64,000 nucleotides of DNA from Heterodontus francisci (GCF_036365525.1 NC_090375.1:46031847-46095846), one strand, 5' to 3'. Shown: positions 24,552-36,771, numbered from the stretch's first letter. Numbers and translations: made by a program. Notes: generated from the sequence alone by a model not told the origin.

Positions 24552-27500
24552 TTAATAAAAACAGAAAGTGCTGGGAATACTCAGCAGGTCTGGCAGCATC
24601 TGTGGAGAGAGACGGTCTGTGACCTTTCATCAGAACTGGCAAAGGTTAGAAATATAATAGGTTTTAAGCAAGTGAAGCAGGGGTGAGGGAAGAGAGAACA
24701 AAGGGGAAGTGTGTGATAGGCAGATGGCAGGAGAGATTAACTAACAAGGAGGTCATGGGACCAAGGCAAAGGGAGTGCTAATGGTGTGGTGAAAAAGAAA
24801 GCATTAGTCCAGGGAGAGTGATAATGACAGAGTAACGAACTGCTCTGTCCAAAAGCACAAACATGAAAAAAGAAGTGTAAGGCAGGCACATGGTAAAAAA
24901 ATGAGAAAACAAAATAAAATAAAATAATAACTAAAAAAGGGTTGGTCATGCTCTGAAATTATTGAACTCAATGTTCAGTCCGGCAGGATGTAGTGTGCCG
25001 AATCAGAAAATGAGGTGCTGCTCATTGAGCTTGTGTTGATGTTCACTGGAACACTGCAGCAGGCCAAGGACAGAAATGTGGGTATGAGAGCAGGAGTGTG
25101 TGTTGAAATGGCAAGAAACCGGAAGCTTGGGGTCGTGTTTTCAGACTGGGTGGAGGTGTTCCACAAAACAGTCACCCAATCTGCGTTTGGTCTCCCCAGT
25201 GTAGAGGAGACCACATTGTGAGCAGCGACTCCAGTATACTACATTGAAAGAAGTACAAGTAAATCGCTGTTTGGGGCCTTGGATGGTGAGGAGAGAGGAG
25301 GTAAAAGGGCAGATATTGCACCTCCTGCAATAGCATGGGAAGGGGTCGTGGGAAGGGGACGAGGTGGAGGTAGTGGAGGAGTGGACCAGGGTATCGCAGA
25401 GGGATTGATCCCTTTGGAATGCTGCCAGGGGAGGGGAAGATGCATTTGTTGGTGGCATCATGCTGGAGGTGGTGGAAATGGCGAAGGGTGATCCTTTGGA
25501 TGTGTAGGCTGGTGGGGTGGAAAGTGAAGACAAGGGGAATCCTATCGCGGTTCTGAGAGGGAGGGGAAGGGTTGAGGGCAGAAGTGCAGGAAATGGGTCG
25601 GACAAGATCGAGGGCCCTGTCAACCACAGTGGGGGGGAATCCTTGGTTGAAGAAAATGGAAGACATATCAAAAGCGCTGTTCTGGAAGGTTGCAGAAATA
25701 GACAAGTTGCAAAAAAAGGTTTTGGATTGGGGGAGAGTGAATTTTAGTAAAATAAGGCAGGATCTGGCCAAGGTAGACTGGAAAGAGTAACTTGTCGGGA
25801 AATCTACAGAAGAGCAGTGGGGGGCATTCAAAAAGGAAATGGGGAGGGTACAGGCCCAACATGTTCCCTCTAGGGTAATAGGTAGGAGCAACAAGCCCAG
25901 AGAACCATGGATGACCAGAAACATTCAGGGTACGATGAGAAGGAAAAGAGAGGCTTTTAGCAAATACAAGGTGAGCAAATCAATTGAAGCATTAGTGGAG
26001 TACAGAAAGTGTAGGATGGAGCTTAAGAAAGCAATTAGGAGAGCAAAGAGTGGATATGAGAAAGCTCTGGCTGGTAAACGCAGGGAAAATCTCAAGATAT
26101 TCTGTAAGTATATCAATAGGAAGAGGATAACCAGGGAAAGAGTAGGACCTGTTAGGGACTAAGGGGGAAATTTGTGGGTGGAGCCAGAGGACATTGGTAG
26201 GGTGTTGAACGAATACTTCACATCTGTCTTCACACAAGAGAAAGAGGATGTAGATATGGAACTTAGAGAGAGAGAGACTGTGAGATTCTTGAGCAAATTG
26301 TCACAGGGAGTGACAAGGTATTGGAGGTTTTGGAAGGCTTAAAAGTGGACAAATCTCCAGGTCCGGACGATTTGTGTCCCAGGATGTTGTGGGAGGCGAG
26401 GGTGGAGATTGCAGAAGCTCTGACCCAAATTTTTAATTCCTCTCTGGCCACGGGGGAGGTGCCAGAGAACTGGAGAACAGCTAATGTGGTCCCACTATTT
26501 AAGAAAGGTTGTAGAGATAAGCCAGGGAACTACAGACCAGTGAGTCTAACATCAGTGGTAGGGAAACTATTGGAGAAAATTCTGAAGGATAGAATCTATC
26601 TCCATTTGGAGAGGCAAAATTTGATTAGGAATAGTCAGCATGGCTTTGTCAGAGGGAGGTCATGCCTAACAAATTTGATTGAATTTTTTGAGCATGTGAC
26701 CAGGTGTGTAGATGAGGGTAGTGCAGTTGATGTAGTTTACATGGATTTCAGCAAAACCTTTGACAAGGTCCCACATGGGAGACTTATCAAGAAGGCAAAT
26801 GCACATGGGATACAAGGTAACTTGATAAGGTGGATTCAAAATTGGCTTAGCTGTAGGAGACAGAGAGTGATGACAGACGGCTGTTTTCGTGACTGGAAGC
26901 CAGTGTCCAGTGGCGTACCACAGGGATCTGTGCTGGGTCCCCTATTGTTTGTCATTTGTATAAACGACATTGATGACTATGTGGGGGGGTAGGATCAGTA
27001 AGTTCACGGATGACACAAAGATTGGCTGAGTGGTTAACAGTGAGGTTGAGTGTCTTGGATTACAGGAAGATATAGACGGGATGGTCAAATGGGCAGAAAA
27101 GTGGCAGATGGGATTTAACGCTGAAAAGTGTGAGGTGATACACTTTGGAAGGAGTAATGTGACATGGAAGTATTCAATGAATGGCCTGACACTGGTAAGT
27201 TCCGAGGAACAAACAGACCTTGGTGTGTTTGTCCATAGATCTCTGAAGGCAGAAGGGCAGGTTAATAGGGTGGTGAAAAAGGCATATGGGACACTTGCCT
27301 TTATCAATCGAGGCATAGATTACAAAAGCAGGGAGGTCATGTTGGAGTTGTTCAGAACTTTGGTAAGGCCACAGCTGGAGTATTATGTGCAATTCTGGTC
27401 ACCACATTATTGGAAGGATGTGATTGCATTGGAGGGGGTGCAGAGGCAATTCACCAGGACGTTGCCTGGGATGGAACATTTAAGCTATGAAGAGAGGTTG

Positions 27501-28009
27501 GATAGGCTTGGGTTGTTTTCACTGGAGCAGAGAAGACTGAGGGGTGACCTGATCGAGGTGTACAAGATTATGAGGGGCATGGACAGGGTGGATAGGGAGA
27601 AGCTGTTCCCCTTAGTTGAAGGGTCAGTTATGAGGGGTCACAAGTTTAAGGTGAGGGGCGGGAGGTTTAAGGGGGATTTGAGGAAGTACTTTTTTACCCA
27701 GAGGGTGGTGACGGTCTGGAATGCACTGCCTGGGAGGGTGGTAGAGGCAGGTTGCCTCACATCCTTTAAAAAGTAACTGGATGAGCATTTGGCATGTCAT
27801 AACATTCAAGGCTATGGGCTGTGCTGGCAAATGGGATTAGGTAGACAGGTCAGGTGTTTTAATGCATCAGTGCAGACTCGATGGGCCAAAGGGCCTCTTC
27901 TGCACTGTATTATTCTGTGATTCTGTGATCATCAGAACAGATGAGTTGGAGACGGAGAAATTGGGATCATGGAATGCAGCGCTTACAGGAAACAGGGTGT
28001 AAGGAAGTG
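24552..28009 (-). mobile_element. Penelope-like element 3' part (GIY-YIG endonuclease + pseudo-LTR), split by a CR1
   Basis: CRRCNIC...NVVYWSRCSQCGLLYTGETKRRLGD; resumes at 27929; imperfect TSD AATC(T)TCT (24544-24551, 28010-28016). Confidence 0.85.
25695..27928 (+). mobile_element. 5'-truncated CR1/HER1-type LINE (2.2 kb)
   Basis: [38 protein letters not shown]; tail TTCTGTGATTCTGTGA. Removing it rejoins the PLE (GAAGGTTGCA|TCATCAGA). Confidence 0.9.
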
Positions 28010-28243
28010 AATCTCTATGTTAGATTATGTATCCGTGTTCCAGGAGCAGCTCACGAGAGCCTGCAAAGTGGCTCAGGAACACCTTAAAGCTTCCCAAACA
28101 ATCTTGAAGAAATGGGCAGACAAGCATGCCAAGACCTGAACATTTCAACCAGGGGATGAGGTATTAGTATTACTACTTTTACAGGGTGAACCACTGAAAG
28201 TACAGTTCAGTGGTCCATATAAAGGGTCACAATAACTGGTAAA

Positions 28244-30301
28244 CCGGCAGACCCATTGTTTCAGCCTGTTCCTGCCCCACTGAACTCACTTCTTCCTATT
28301 TTGACTCTATCTTTTCTCCCCTGGTCCAGTCTCTTCCCACCTAAATCCGTGACTTTTCTGACGCCTTACGCCATTTTGACAACTTCCAGTTTCTGGCCTT
28401 AACTGCCTCCTCTTCAATATGGACGTCCAATCTCTCTACACCTCCATCTCCCACCAGGTCGGTTTGAGGGCTCTCCGCTTCTTCCTTGAACAGAGGCCAA
28501 ACCAGTCCCCATTCACCACCACCCTCCTCCACCTGGCTGAACTTGTTCTCACATTGAATAACTTCTCCTTCAACTCCACTCACTTCCTTCAAGTAAAAGG
28601 TGTTGCTATGGGTACCCACATGGGTCCTAGTTATGCCTGTCTTTTTGTGGGATATGTCAAACATTTCTTGTTCCAATCCTATTCAGGCCCCCTCCCCCAA
28701 CTCTTTTTCTGGTACATTGATGACTGTATCGGTGCCGTTTCCTGCTCCCACCCGGAACTAGAAAGCTTTATCAACTTTGCTTCTAATTTCCACCTTTCTC
28801 TCACCTTCACATGGTCCAACTCCGACATTTCCCTTCCCTTCCTCGCCTTCTCTGTCTCCATCTCTGGGGATAGGCTGTCTACTAATATTCATTATAAGCC
28901 CACTGACTCCCACAGCTACCTCGACTACACTTCTTCACACCCTGCCTCCTGTAAGGACTCCATTCCATTGTCCCAGTTTCTCCGTCTCCGATGCATCTGC
29001 TCTGATGATGCAACCTTCCACGACAGCGCTTCTGATATGTCTTCCTTTTTCCTCAACCGAGGATGCCCCCCCCACTGTGGTTGACAGGGCCCTCAACTGT
29101 GTCCGGCCCATTTCCCGCACCTCTACCCTCACCCCTTCCCCTCCCTCCCACAACCGCAACAGGGTTCCCCTTGTCCTCACTTTCCACCCCATCAGCCTCC
29201 AGATCCAAAGGATCATCCTCCGCCATTTCCGCCACAGCCAGCGTGATGCCACTGCCAAATGCATCTTCCCCTTCCTTACCTTGTCAGCATTCCAAAGGGA
29301 TTGTTCCCTCCGCAACACCCTTGTCCACTCCTCCATTACCCCCACCACCTCGTCCCCTTCCCACGGCACCTTCCCCTGCAATCGCAGGAGGTGTAATACC
29401 TGCCCATTTACCTCCTCTCTCCTCACTATCCCAGGCCCCAAACACTCCTTTCAGGTGAAGCAGCGATTTACTTGTACTTCTTTCAATGTAGTATACTGTA
29501 TTCGCTGCTCACAATGTGGTCTCCTCTACATTGGGGAGACCAAACGCCGATTGGGTGACCACTTTGTGGAACACCTCTGCTCAGTCCAAAAACATAAGCC
29601 CAAGCTTCCGGCTGCTTGCCATTTCAAAACTCCCCCCCACTCTCATGCTCACATCTCTGTCCTGGGATTGCTGCAGTGTTCCAGTGAACATCAACGCAAG
29701 CTCGAGGAACAGCATCCCATTCACCGATTAGGCACACTACAGCCTGCCGGACTGAAAATTGAGTTCAATAATTTCAGAGCATGACGGGCCCCCCTTTTTA
29801 TGTTTGGTTTTTTTTCTATTATTCTTCTTTTCTTTGTTCTTTTTTCTTTGGTTATTTTATTTGGTTTTTTTTAAGTGTGTTTAGTTTGTCTCTACTGTGC
29901 CTACCCACTGTTTCTGTTTTTAAATTTAAAAAAAAATGTTTGTGCTTGCAGTGCTTTGTGCCTTGCAGTCTATTCACACCCTCTCTGTACTAATGCTTTG
30001 TCTTTCAGCACACCATTAACATACCATTTGCCTTTGTTCCATGACCTTCTGGTCAGTTATTCTCTATGACCCTCTGTCCTATCAACACCTTCTCTTTTGT
30101 TATCTCTCGCCCCGTCCCCATTTTACTTGCTTAAAATCTTTTACATTTCTAATATTTGTCAATTCTGAAGAAGGGTCACTGACCTGAAACGTTAACTCTT
30201 CTTCTTTCTCCACAGATGCTGCCAGACCTGCTTAGTATTTCCACCATTTCTTGTTTTTATTTCAGATTTCCAGCAGCTGCAGTATTTTGCTTTCATTATT
30301 A
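28244..30301 (+). mobile_element. Penelope-like element (RT + GIY-YIG endonuclease + pseudo-LTR), 5'-truncated, one frameshift
   Basis: MDVQSLYTSI, GVAMGTHMGPSYA, WYIDD, YKPT; CNRRRCNTC...NVVYCIRCSQCGLLYIGETKR...R...H; 7-bp TSD TGGTAAA (28237-28243, 30302-30308). Confidence 0.9.
30161..30197 (+). ncRNA. Minimal type I hammerhead ribozyme motif in a PLE pseudo-LTR
   Basis: AATT-CTGAAGA-AGGGTC-ACT-GACCT-GAAA-CGTT-AACT: CUGANGA and GAAA core, stem II hairpin, palindromic ACGU stem III, GUU cleavage triplet. Confidence 0.65.
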
Positions 30302-30760
30302 TGGTAAAGTAAATTATTTGATTGACATCCCAGATTGCCAGAAAAAGAATCAGCTGTGACATATCAACATGTTGAAACAGGATCATCACCGGGAGGAGGA
30401 TAAGCAAGCACAGGTATGTCAGGTAGTAGGGACAGTGAAGGATGAAAGAAATACTGAGGATGAGGCAGAAGGAGGCCGAGACAACTCTCAAATTGAACCT
30501 CCTACTATCCGATTAGTTAATACTGAATTGTTAGGGAGATTGGACACATTTAGATGCAGAACAATGAGAAGATGTAACAAGGCTACTCACAGCATTTAAA
30601 GCAATCTGTAGGGATAAGCCAGGATGTACAACTTTATCCACACATGATGTGGATGTAGGGGAATCCTCTCCTATAAAACAGCTTTCATGTCGCTTAAGTC
30701 CAGAGAAACAGGCCCAGGTAAAAAAAGAAATCCAATACACGCTGGAAAACCACCTAATTG

Positions 30761-31120
30761 GTAGATACAGGATGGTAGATGCAGGAAGGATGTTCCCGAT
30801 GGTGGGGGAGTCCAGAACCAGGGGTCATAGTCTAAGGATATGGGGTAAACCTTTTAGGACTGAGATGAGGAGAAATTTATTCACCCAGAGAGTGGTGAGC
30901 CTGTGGAATTCGCTACCACAGAATGCAGTTGAGGCCAAAACATTGTATGTTTTCAAGAAGGAGTTAGATCTGGCTCTTGGGTTTAAAGGGATCAAAGGAT
31001 ATGGGACGAAGGCGGGAACAGGCTACTGAGTTGGATGATCAGCCATGATCATAATGAATGGCGCAGCAATCACAAGGGCCGAATGACCTACTCCTGCTCC
31101 TATTTTCTATGTTTCTATGT
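30761..31120 (+). mobile_element. Short CR1 3'-end insertion in the Gypsy RT
   Basis: TRGHSLRI...FTQRVVSLWNSLP; TSD TAATTG (30755-30760, 31121-31126). Confidence 0.9.
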
Positions 31121-31179
31121 TAATTGAACCCAGTCAAAGCAGCTGGAGTTCCCCATTCATGTTAGTGGCTAAACCTGAC

Positions 31180-32405
31180 ATATGAATATACGAACATATG
31201 AATTAGGAGCAGGAGTGGGCCACTTGGCCCTTCGAGCCTGCTTCACCATTCAACAAGATTATGGCAGATCTGATAGTAACCTCAACTCCACATTCCCGCC
31301 TACCCCCAATAACATTTCACTCCCTTGCTTATCAAGAATCTATCTACCTCTGCCTCAAAAATATTCAAAGACTTTGCTTCCACTGCCTTTTGAGGATGAG
31401 ATTTCCAAAAACTCACAACCCTCTCGGAGAAAACTTTTCTCCTCATCTCTGTCTTAAATGGGTGACCCCTTATTTCTAAACAGTGACCCCCTAGTTGTAG
31501 ATTCTCTCACTACAGGAAACATCCTTTCCATATCCACCCTGTCAAGACCCCTCAGGATCTTATATGTTTCAATCAAGTCGCCTCTTACTCTTCTAAACTG
31601 CAGCTGATACAAGCCTAGTCTGTCCAACCTTTCCTCATAAGACATCCCATCCATTCCAGGTATTAGTCTAGTAAACCTTCTCTGAACTGTTTTCAACGCA
31701 TTTACATCCCTCCTTAAATAAGGAGACCAATACTGTACACAGTAGTCCAGATGTGGTCTCACCAATGCCCTCTATAACTTAAGCATAACCTCCGTACTTT
31801 TGGATTCAATTTCTGTCACAATAAACAATAACATTCTATCAGCCTTCCTAATTACTTTCTGAACCTGCATACTAACCTTTTGTGATTCATGCACTAGGAC
31901 ACCCAGATTTCTCTGCATATCACAGCTCTGCAATCTCTCACCATTTGGATAATATGCTTCTTTTTTATTCTTCTTGCCAAAATGGACAATTTCACACTTT
32001 CCCACATTATATTCCATTTGCCAGGTCTTTGCCCACTCACTTAACCTATCTGGATCTTTTTATAGCCCCCTCATGTCCTTTTCACAACTTACTTTCCTAC
32101 CTATCTTTATGTCATCAGCAAATTTAGCATCCATACCTTCAGTGCCTTCATCTAAATCATTTATATAAATTGTTAAAAGTTGAGGCCACAGCACTGATCC
32201 CTGTGGCACACCACTTGTTACATCTTGCCAACCAGAAAATGACCCATTTATGCCTAGTCTCTGCTTCCTGTTAGCTGGCCAATCTTCTATCCATGCCAAA
32301 ATGTTACCCCCTACACCATGAGCTTTTATTTTCTGAAATAACCTTCGATGTGGCACCTTATCAAATGCCTTCTGGAAATCCAGGCACAGTGCATTCACCA
32401 GTTCC
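31180..32405 (-). mobile_element. 5'-truncated CR1 inserted in the Gypsy RT
   Basis: LDFQKAFDKVPH, AKFADD, VRPHLDYC; TSD CCTGAC (31174-31179, 32406-32411). Confidence 0.9.
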
Positions 32406-33711
32406 CCTGACGGTTCAATTAGATTCTGCATAGACTACAGAAAGGTTAATGCAGTAACAAAGGCAGACTCCTACCCAATTCCTCACTTGGAAGACTGTAT
32501 TGATAGAGTGGTCAGTGCCACGTTTCTGACAAAAATAGATTTGTTAAAGGGATACTGGCAGGTTCCTTTAACACCCTGAGCTAAAGAAATAGCGGCCTTT
32601 GTCACACCAGGTGGTGTTTTCCAATGCCGAGTGAGGCCATTCGATCTAAAAAATGCCCCAGCCACTTTTCAGTGACTAATGAGCCAAGTGGCAGCCAGTG
32701 TTCCTAACTGTGTGGTTTACCTTGATGATGTGCTGGTCAACAGTGACACTTGGAAGGACCACTTGGAACATCTAGAAGCTCTGCTTAGAAAATTACAATC
32801 AGCTGATTTAGTGATAAACCTTGCCAGAAGTGAATTTGCAAAAGACAGAGTAACCTACCTCTAGCATATAGTAGGGAAAGGACAAGTGTTGCCAAGAACA
32901 GCAAATGTACAAGCATTGATGGAGTTCCCTACCCCTAAGGCTAAGTGAGAAATCATGAGGTTTTTGGGGATGTGTGGTTTCTACCAGATGTTTGTACCAA
33001 GTTTTAATACTATAGCTGATCCACTGACAGATTTGCTACAAAGAAAGAAAACCAAGGTAGTGTGGTCAAGGGAGTGCCAAGCATCTTTTGAGAGGCTGAA
33101 AGCCATTTTGATTAATGAACCAGTGTTGGCTGCTCCAAATTTCACTAAGCCCTTCAAGGTAGCAATTGGTGCTAGTGACCTGGGGGCCGGTCCAGTCCTG
33201 TTACAAGACGATGAATCAGGCATAGAAAGGCCAGTGCGATACTTTTCCAAAAAGCTAAATTGACACTAAAAAATATATTCAACAGTATAAGAAGAAACTC
33301 TGTGCTTATTACTAGCTGTTAAGCATTTTGAAGTCTATATTTGCCACGACTACAGAAAGACACTGGGGTATATACTGATCATAACCTCCTAGCCTTTGTG
33401 GAAAAATTTTAAAACATAACCAGAATGCCAGACTATTCTGATGGAGTTTACTATTGCAACCTTACCACTTAAAGATTATCAACATTTTGGGAAAGAATAA
33501 TGTTAGTGTGGATGCTTTGTCTCGAATCTAACTTTGCTTTGAGTTATCGGAGTGCAAAGATAGTACAAAGATGAACTTTATTAGCTACAGGTAAAGAGTG
33601 AATGAGAATGAGTGTGTAAATGTGTTTTAATATTTTCCATCTTCAGTTTTTTTTCATTCTTTATAATGAAACACATTTAAAAATGGTGTTTCATTCCTCC
33701 AAGGATGGAGG

Positions 33712-34014
33712 TGTTATGAAAATCTTCCATTTTTTGCTTTTTTTTTGGGGTGAGGGGAATTTAAAAAGGGAATTTTCATATTTCGATCTGTGTGTTAATG
33801 CTTTGCTTCATTACTGGATAAGTCTTGTTTGCTAATAAACTAATAAATTTGTTGTTTATTAAAGAAACCTGGTTGGTGTATTTTATTCTGGGATAAAGAG
33901 TAGAGTATATGATTTAATAGGTAACTAGGGTAAACACTTTTAAAATATATGTTGTGAGCTGTGGAGAAGTGGGACTAGAAAAGACAGTTCACTCCTCCCA
34001 CCTTGGTCGTAACA
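33712..34014 (+). repeat. 3' LTR of the Gmr1-like element (303 bp, apparently internally deleted)
   Basis: TGTTATGA...GGTCGTAACA immediately after the PPT; aligns to both ends of the ~900-bp solo LTR at 39691-42782. Confidence 0.85.
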
Positions 34015-34341
34015 AGTGAAAAAAATCCTTAACTGTTAAATTTTGCACCAGTTGCTATGCTTTTTCAAAATCTTCATTTCTCCCTCTGACATTCTTTTAA
34101 CATGTTTCTATATTGATCACAGTAAATCTCTTCCCCTTTCTTTAGGCAGAATTTGTACCAGCCATTCTTCTTCCTTATTACACTTCTGATTAATTTATTT
34201 AACCATCTAGGGTCAGGCCTATTTAGTTTATATTTGCTAATCCTAGCTGTGTCTTTGTTCAACATGCTCACTATTATGCCTTTCAAGGTGTTCCACTTGT
34301 CCTATATTGAAATGTGATTAGACAACTGACATGTTTTTTTC

Positions 34342-34671
34342 TTAATTTTAGAGATACAGCACTGAAACAGGCCCTTCGGCCCACTGAGTCTGTGCCGACC
34401 AACAACCACCCATTTATACTAATCCTACATTAATCCCATATTCCCTACCACATCCCCACCATTCTCCTACCACCTACCTACACTAGGGGCAATTTACAAT
34501 GTCCAATTTACCTATCAACCTGCAAGTCTTTGGCTGTGGGAGGAAACCGGAGTACCCAGCAGAAACCCATGCAATCACAGGGAGAATTTGCAAACTCCAC
34601 ACAGGCAGTACCCAGAACTGAACCCGGGTCGCTGGAGCTGTGAGGCTGTGGTGCTAACCACTATGCCACCC
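34342..34671 (-). mobile_element. HE1-type SINE
   Basis: Reverse complement of the 10898-11246 element. Confidence 0.9.
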
Positions 34672-34704
34672 AATTCCAAGACGTACCCCAATTCCAACTA
34701 ATTT

Positions 34705-34837
34705 AAAAGCAAAATACAGCGGATGCTGGAAATCTGAAATAAAAACAAGAAATCCTGGAAATACTCAGCAGGTCTGGCAGCATCTGTGGAGAGAGAAGCA
34801 GAGTTAACGTTTCAGGTCAGTGACCCCTCTTCAGAAC
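34705..34837 (-). mobile_element. Solo PLE pseudo-LTR (133 bp) beginning with a hammerhead motif (34802-34838)
   Basis: Minus strand GTT-CTGAAGA-GGGGTC-ACT-GACCT-GAAA-CGTT-AACT; 11-bp TSD CCAA(C/T)TAATTT (34694-34704, 34838-34848). Confidence 0.75.
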
Positions 34838-35869
34838 CCAATTAATTTACTCGCTTATTTAAACATGCTTGTTTATAACTTCTATCCTTTGATATGTCTC
34901 ATCTGTAACCTAGTTCCCTCCTCTCCCTAACTTAAATTGTTCCCAATATTGTGCTCTCTTATTTCTGTATTGGAATGATACACCTGTTTTTGGTCCTCTT
35001 TACTTCTGAATTTCAGATTGTATTGAACTTTATCATTCTGTGATTGCCATCTTCCAAGGAAATCTGGATTTATATGTCCTGTACATTGAGGTATTTACCA
35101 AGTCAAAATGTTCACTGACTGTTGTGGCTTTCCTGGTACATTAAGTCAGACTTGGGTATTTAGTTTACAGTTAGTTGATCGAATCAGCCTGTTAAACAAA
35201 AAGGCAAAATCCAGCAGATGTTGGAAATATGCAATGTAAATAGAAAATCCTAGAAATGCTCAGGAGGTTAGGCAACATCTCTGGAGACACTGCTTGACTT
35301 GCTATTTCCAATATTGTGTGTTTACATTAAAAACACTTGTTTTGCATACTCTTTCCATCATTTCATAGAGCAAACACTCTTCCTTTTCATTCTAACTGGA
35401 GATGTGTAGCATAACCCTGGTGTTAACTTTGCTCCTTATATGTTATAGATGTCTAACCAGAGTAGTAAACTTTGTAAATTTCCACATTGCACAAGATCAA
35501 AATTTTTAAATGCTCAAGTATTTGATTTATGCAGCTACACTACTTCATTCATATGTAGCTATCACAAACACTCCATACCCTTGTAATGTTGTATTCATTA
35601 GCATCATCTGGAGTCAGCTATGTTTTTGACGGTCTTATATTTTCTTTCTGTTCTTAATAGCTTTCAGGCATTTTATTCCTAATTCTTCTGGTCTTCATCT
35701 ACGTAAATCTTATTGTTGATTGATTTCCTTAATCAGACCTCAGTGACTTTTATTTTTCAGTTACTGTGTAAGCATGCCTGTTTATAACTTCTATCCTTTG
35801 ATATGTCTCATCTGTAACTTAGTTTCCTCCTCTCCCTAACTTAAATGGTTCCCAATATTGCGCCAGCGT

Positions 35870-36395
35870 AAGCACTGACCCCTCTGTCCTCGGACTACTG
35901 CAGTGTTCCAATGAAACTCAACATATGTTTGAGGAATGGCATCTCATCTTTCGATGAGGCACTTTGCAGCCTTCTGGACTCAACATTAAGTACAATTTCA
36001 GATTGTAATCTCTACCCCCATTTCGTTTCCTTTCCTTTGCATGCTTCAGTTTTTCTCGTTTTTGCTTTCAGACAGCAGCACACTTGCTCTCGTCACATCT
36101 TTTGTTTCTTTCTTTCCTTGCCCCATTACCGCTCCCTTTGGCCCTGCACAACTATCTTTTCTGCCATTTAATCTCTCCTGTCTTCCACCCTATCCCATCG
36201 TTCCTTTTTATTCTTTTTCCTTTCCTCCCCTTGTTCAAAACCTATTAATTGCTAATTTTTCCCAGTTCTGATGAAGAGTCATCAACCTGAAATGTTAATT
36301 GTTTCTCTCTCCACAGATGCTGCCAGACCTGCTGGGTATTTCCAACATTTTCTACCTTTATTTCTGATTTTAGCATCTGCGGTATTTTGCTCTTG
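35870..36395 (+). mobile_element. Older PLE 3' end with a degenerate hammerhead (36264-36300)
   Basis: CTGCAGTGTTCCAATGAA...GCAGCCTTCTGGACTCAAC (endonuclease C-terminus); AGTT-CTGATGA...GAAATGTT; CCACAGATGCTGCCAGACCTGCT. Confidence 0.7.
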
Positions 36396-36771
36396 TATAA
36401 GAGTTTATGTTGTATGTTCTTTATACCCTTGGACTTGGACTGAGAATGGACAAACTCATTTCACTTAATACCATTCAGTTGTGATATTTCTCATGTCATG
36501 TTCTATATTGCATCTGTAAACCAATGTATTATTTACTTTTTAATGTACAATCACTTTTAATCATGTAAATTTTACTTTACTTTCTTTTGCATTAATGAAT
36601 GTAAACTAGTTGTGGTGGAGTCCTGTGTGTGTGGAGTCTGTCTCATGGTGGCAACATGGAGCATCAAAGTACGCAGACCGAAGACATCTAATGAACTGTA
36701 TTGCGGGCCTGAAAGTGCAAGACAAATAGTCAATTTGGTCATGACAGAGCCTTGCCAGAATTAGCAAGGTC

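Larger units (their letters stand above)
24178..34014 (+). mobile_element. Gmr1-like Gypsy LTR retrotransposon (IN-RT-RNaseH-PPT-3'LTR), 5' half missing, fragmented by nested insertions
   Basis: Integrase core IQSDHGSNF...LERYHQTLK (24200-24550), GPY motif (28210) and CHINMLK-like segment (30360), then RT PIKQ...WSSP...FCIDYRKVN...KGYWQV...YLDD (30600-32870) and RNaseH FKVAI(D)ASD...YFSKKL (32950-33500). PPT AAGGATGGAGG 33701-33711. Confidence 0.9.

Noticed and set aside
28777-29784. GIY-YIG nuclease as a prokaryotic defence or homing endonuclease gene
   Set aside because: Contiguous with a Penelope-type RT and pseudo-LTR inside a TSD, in a eukaryotic context.
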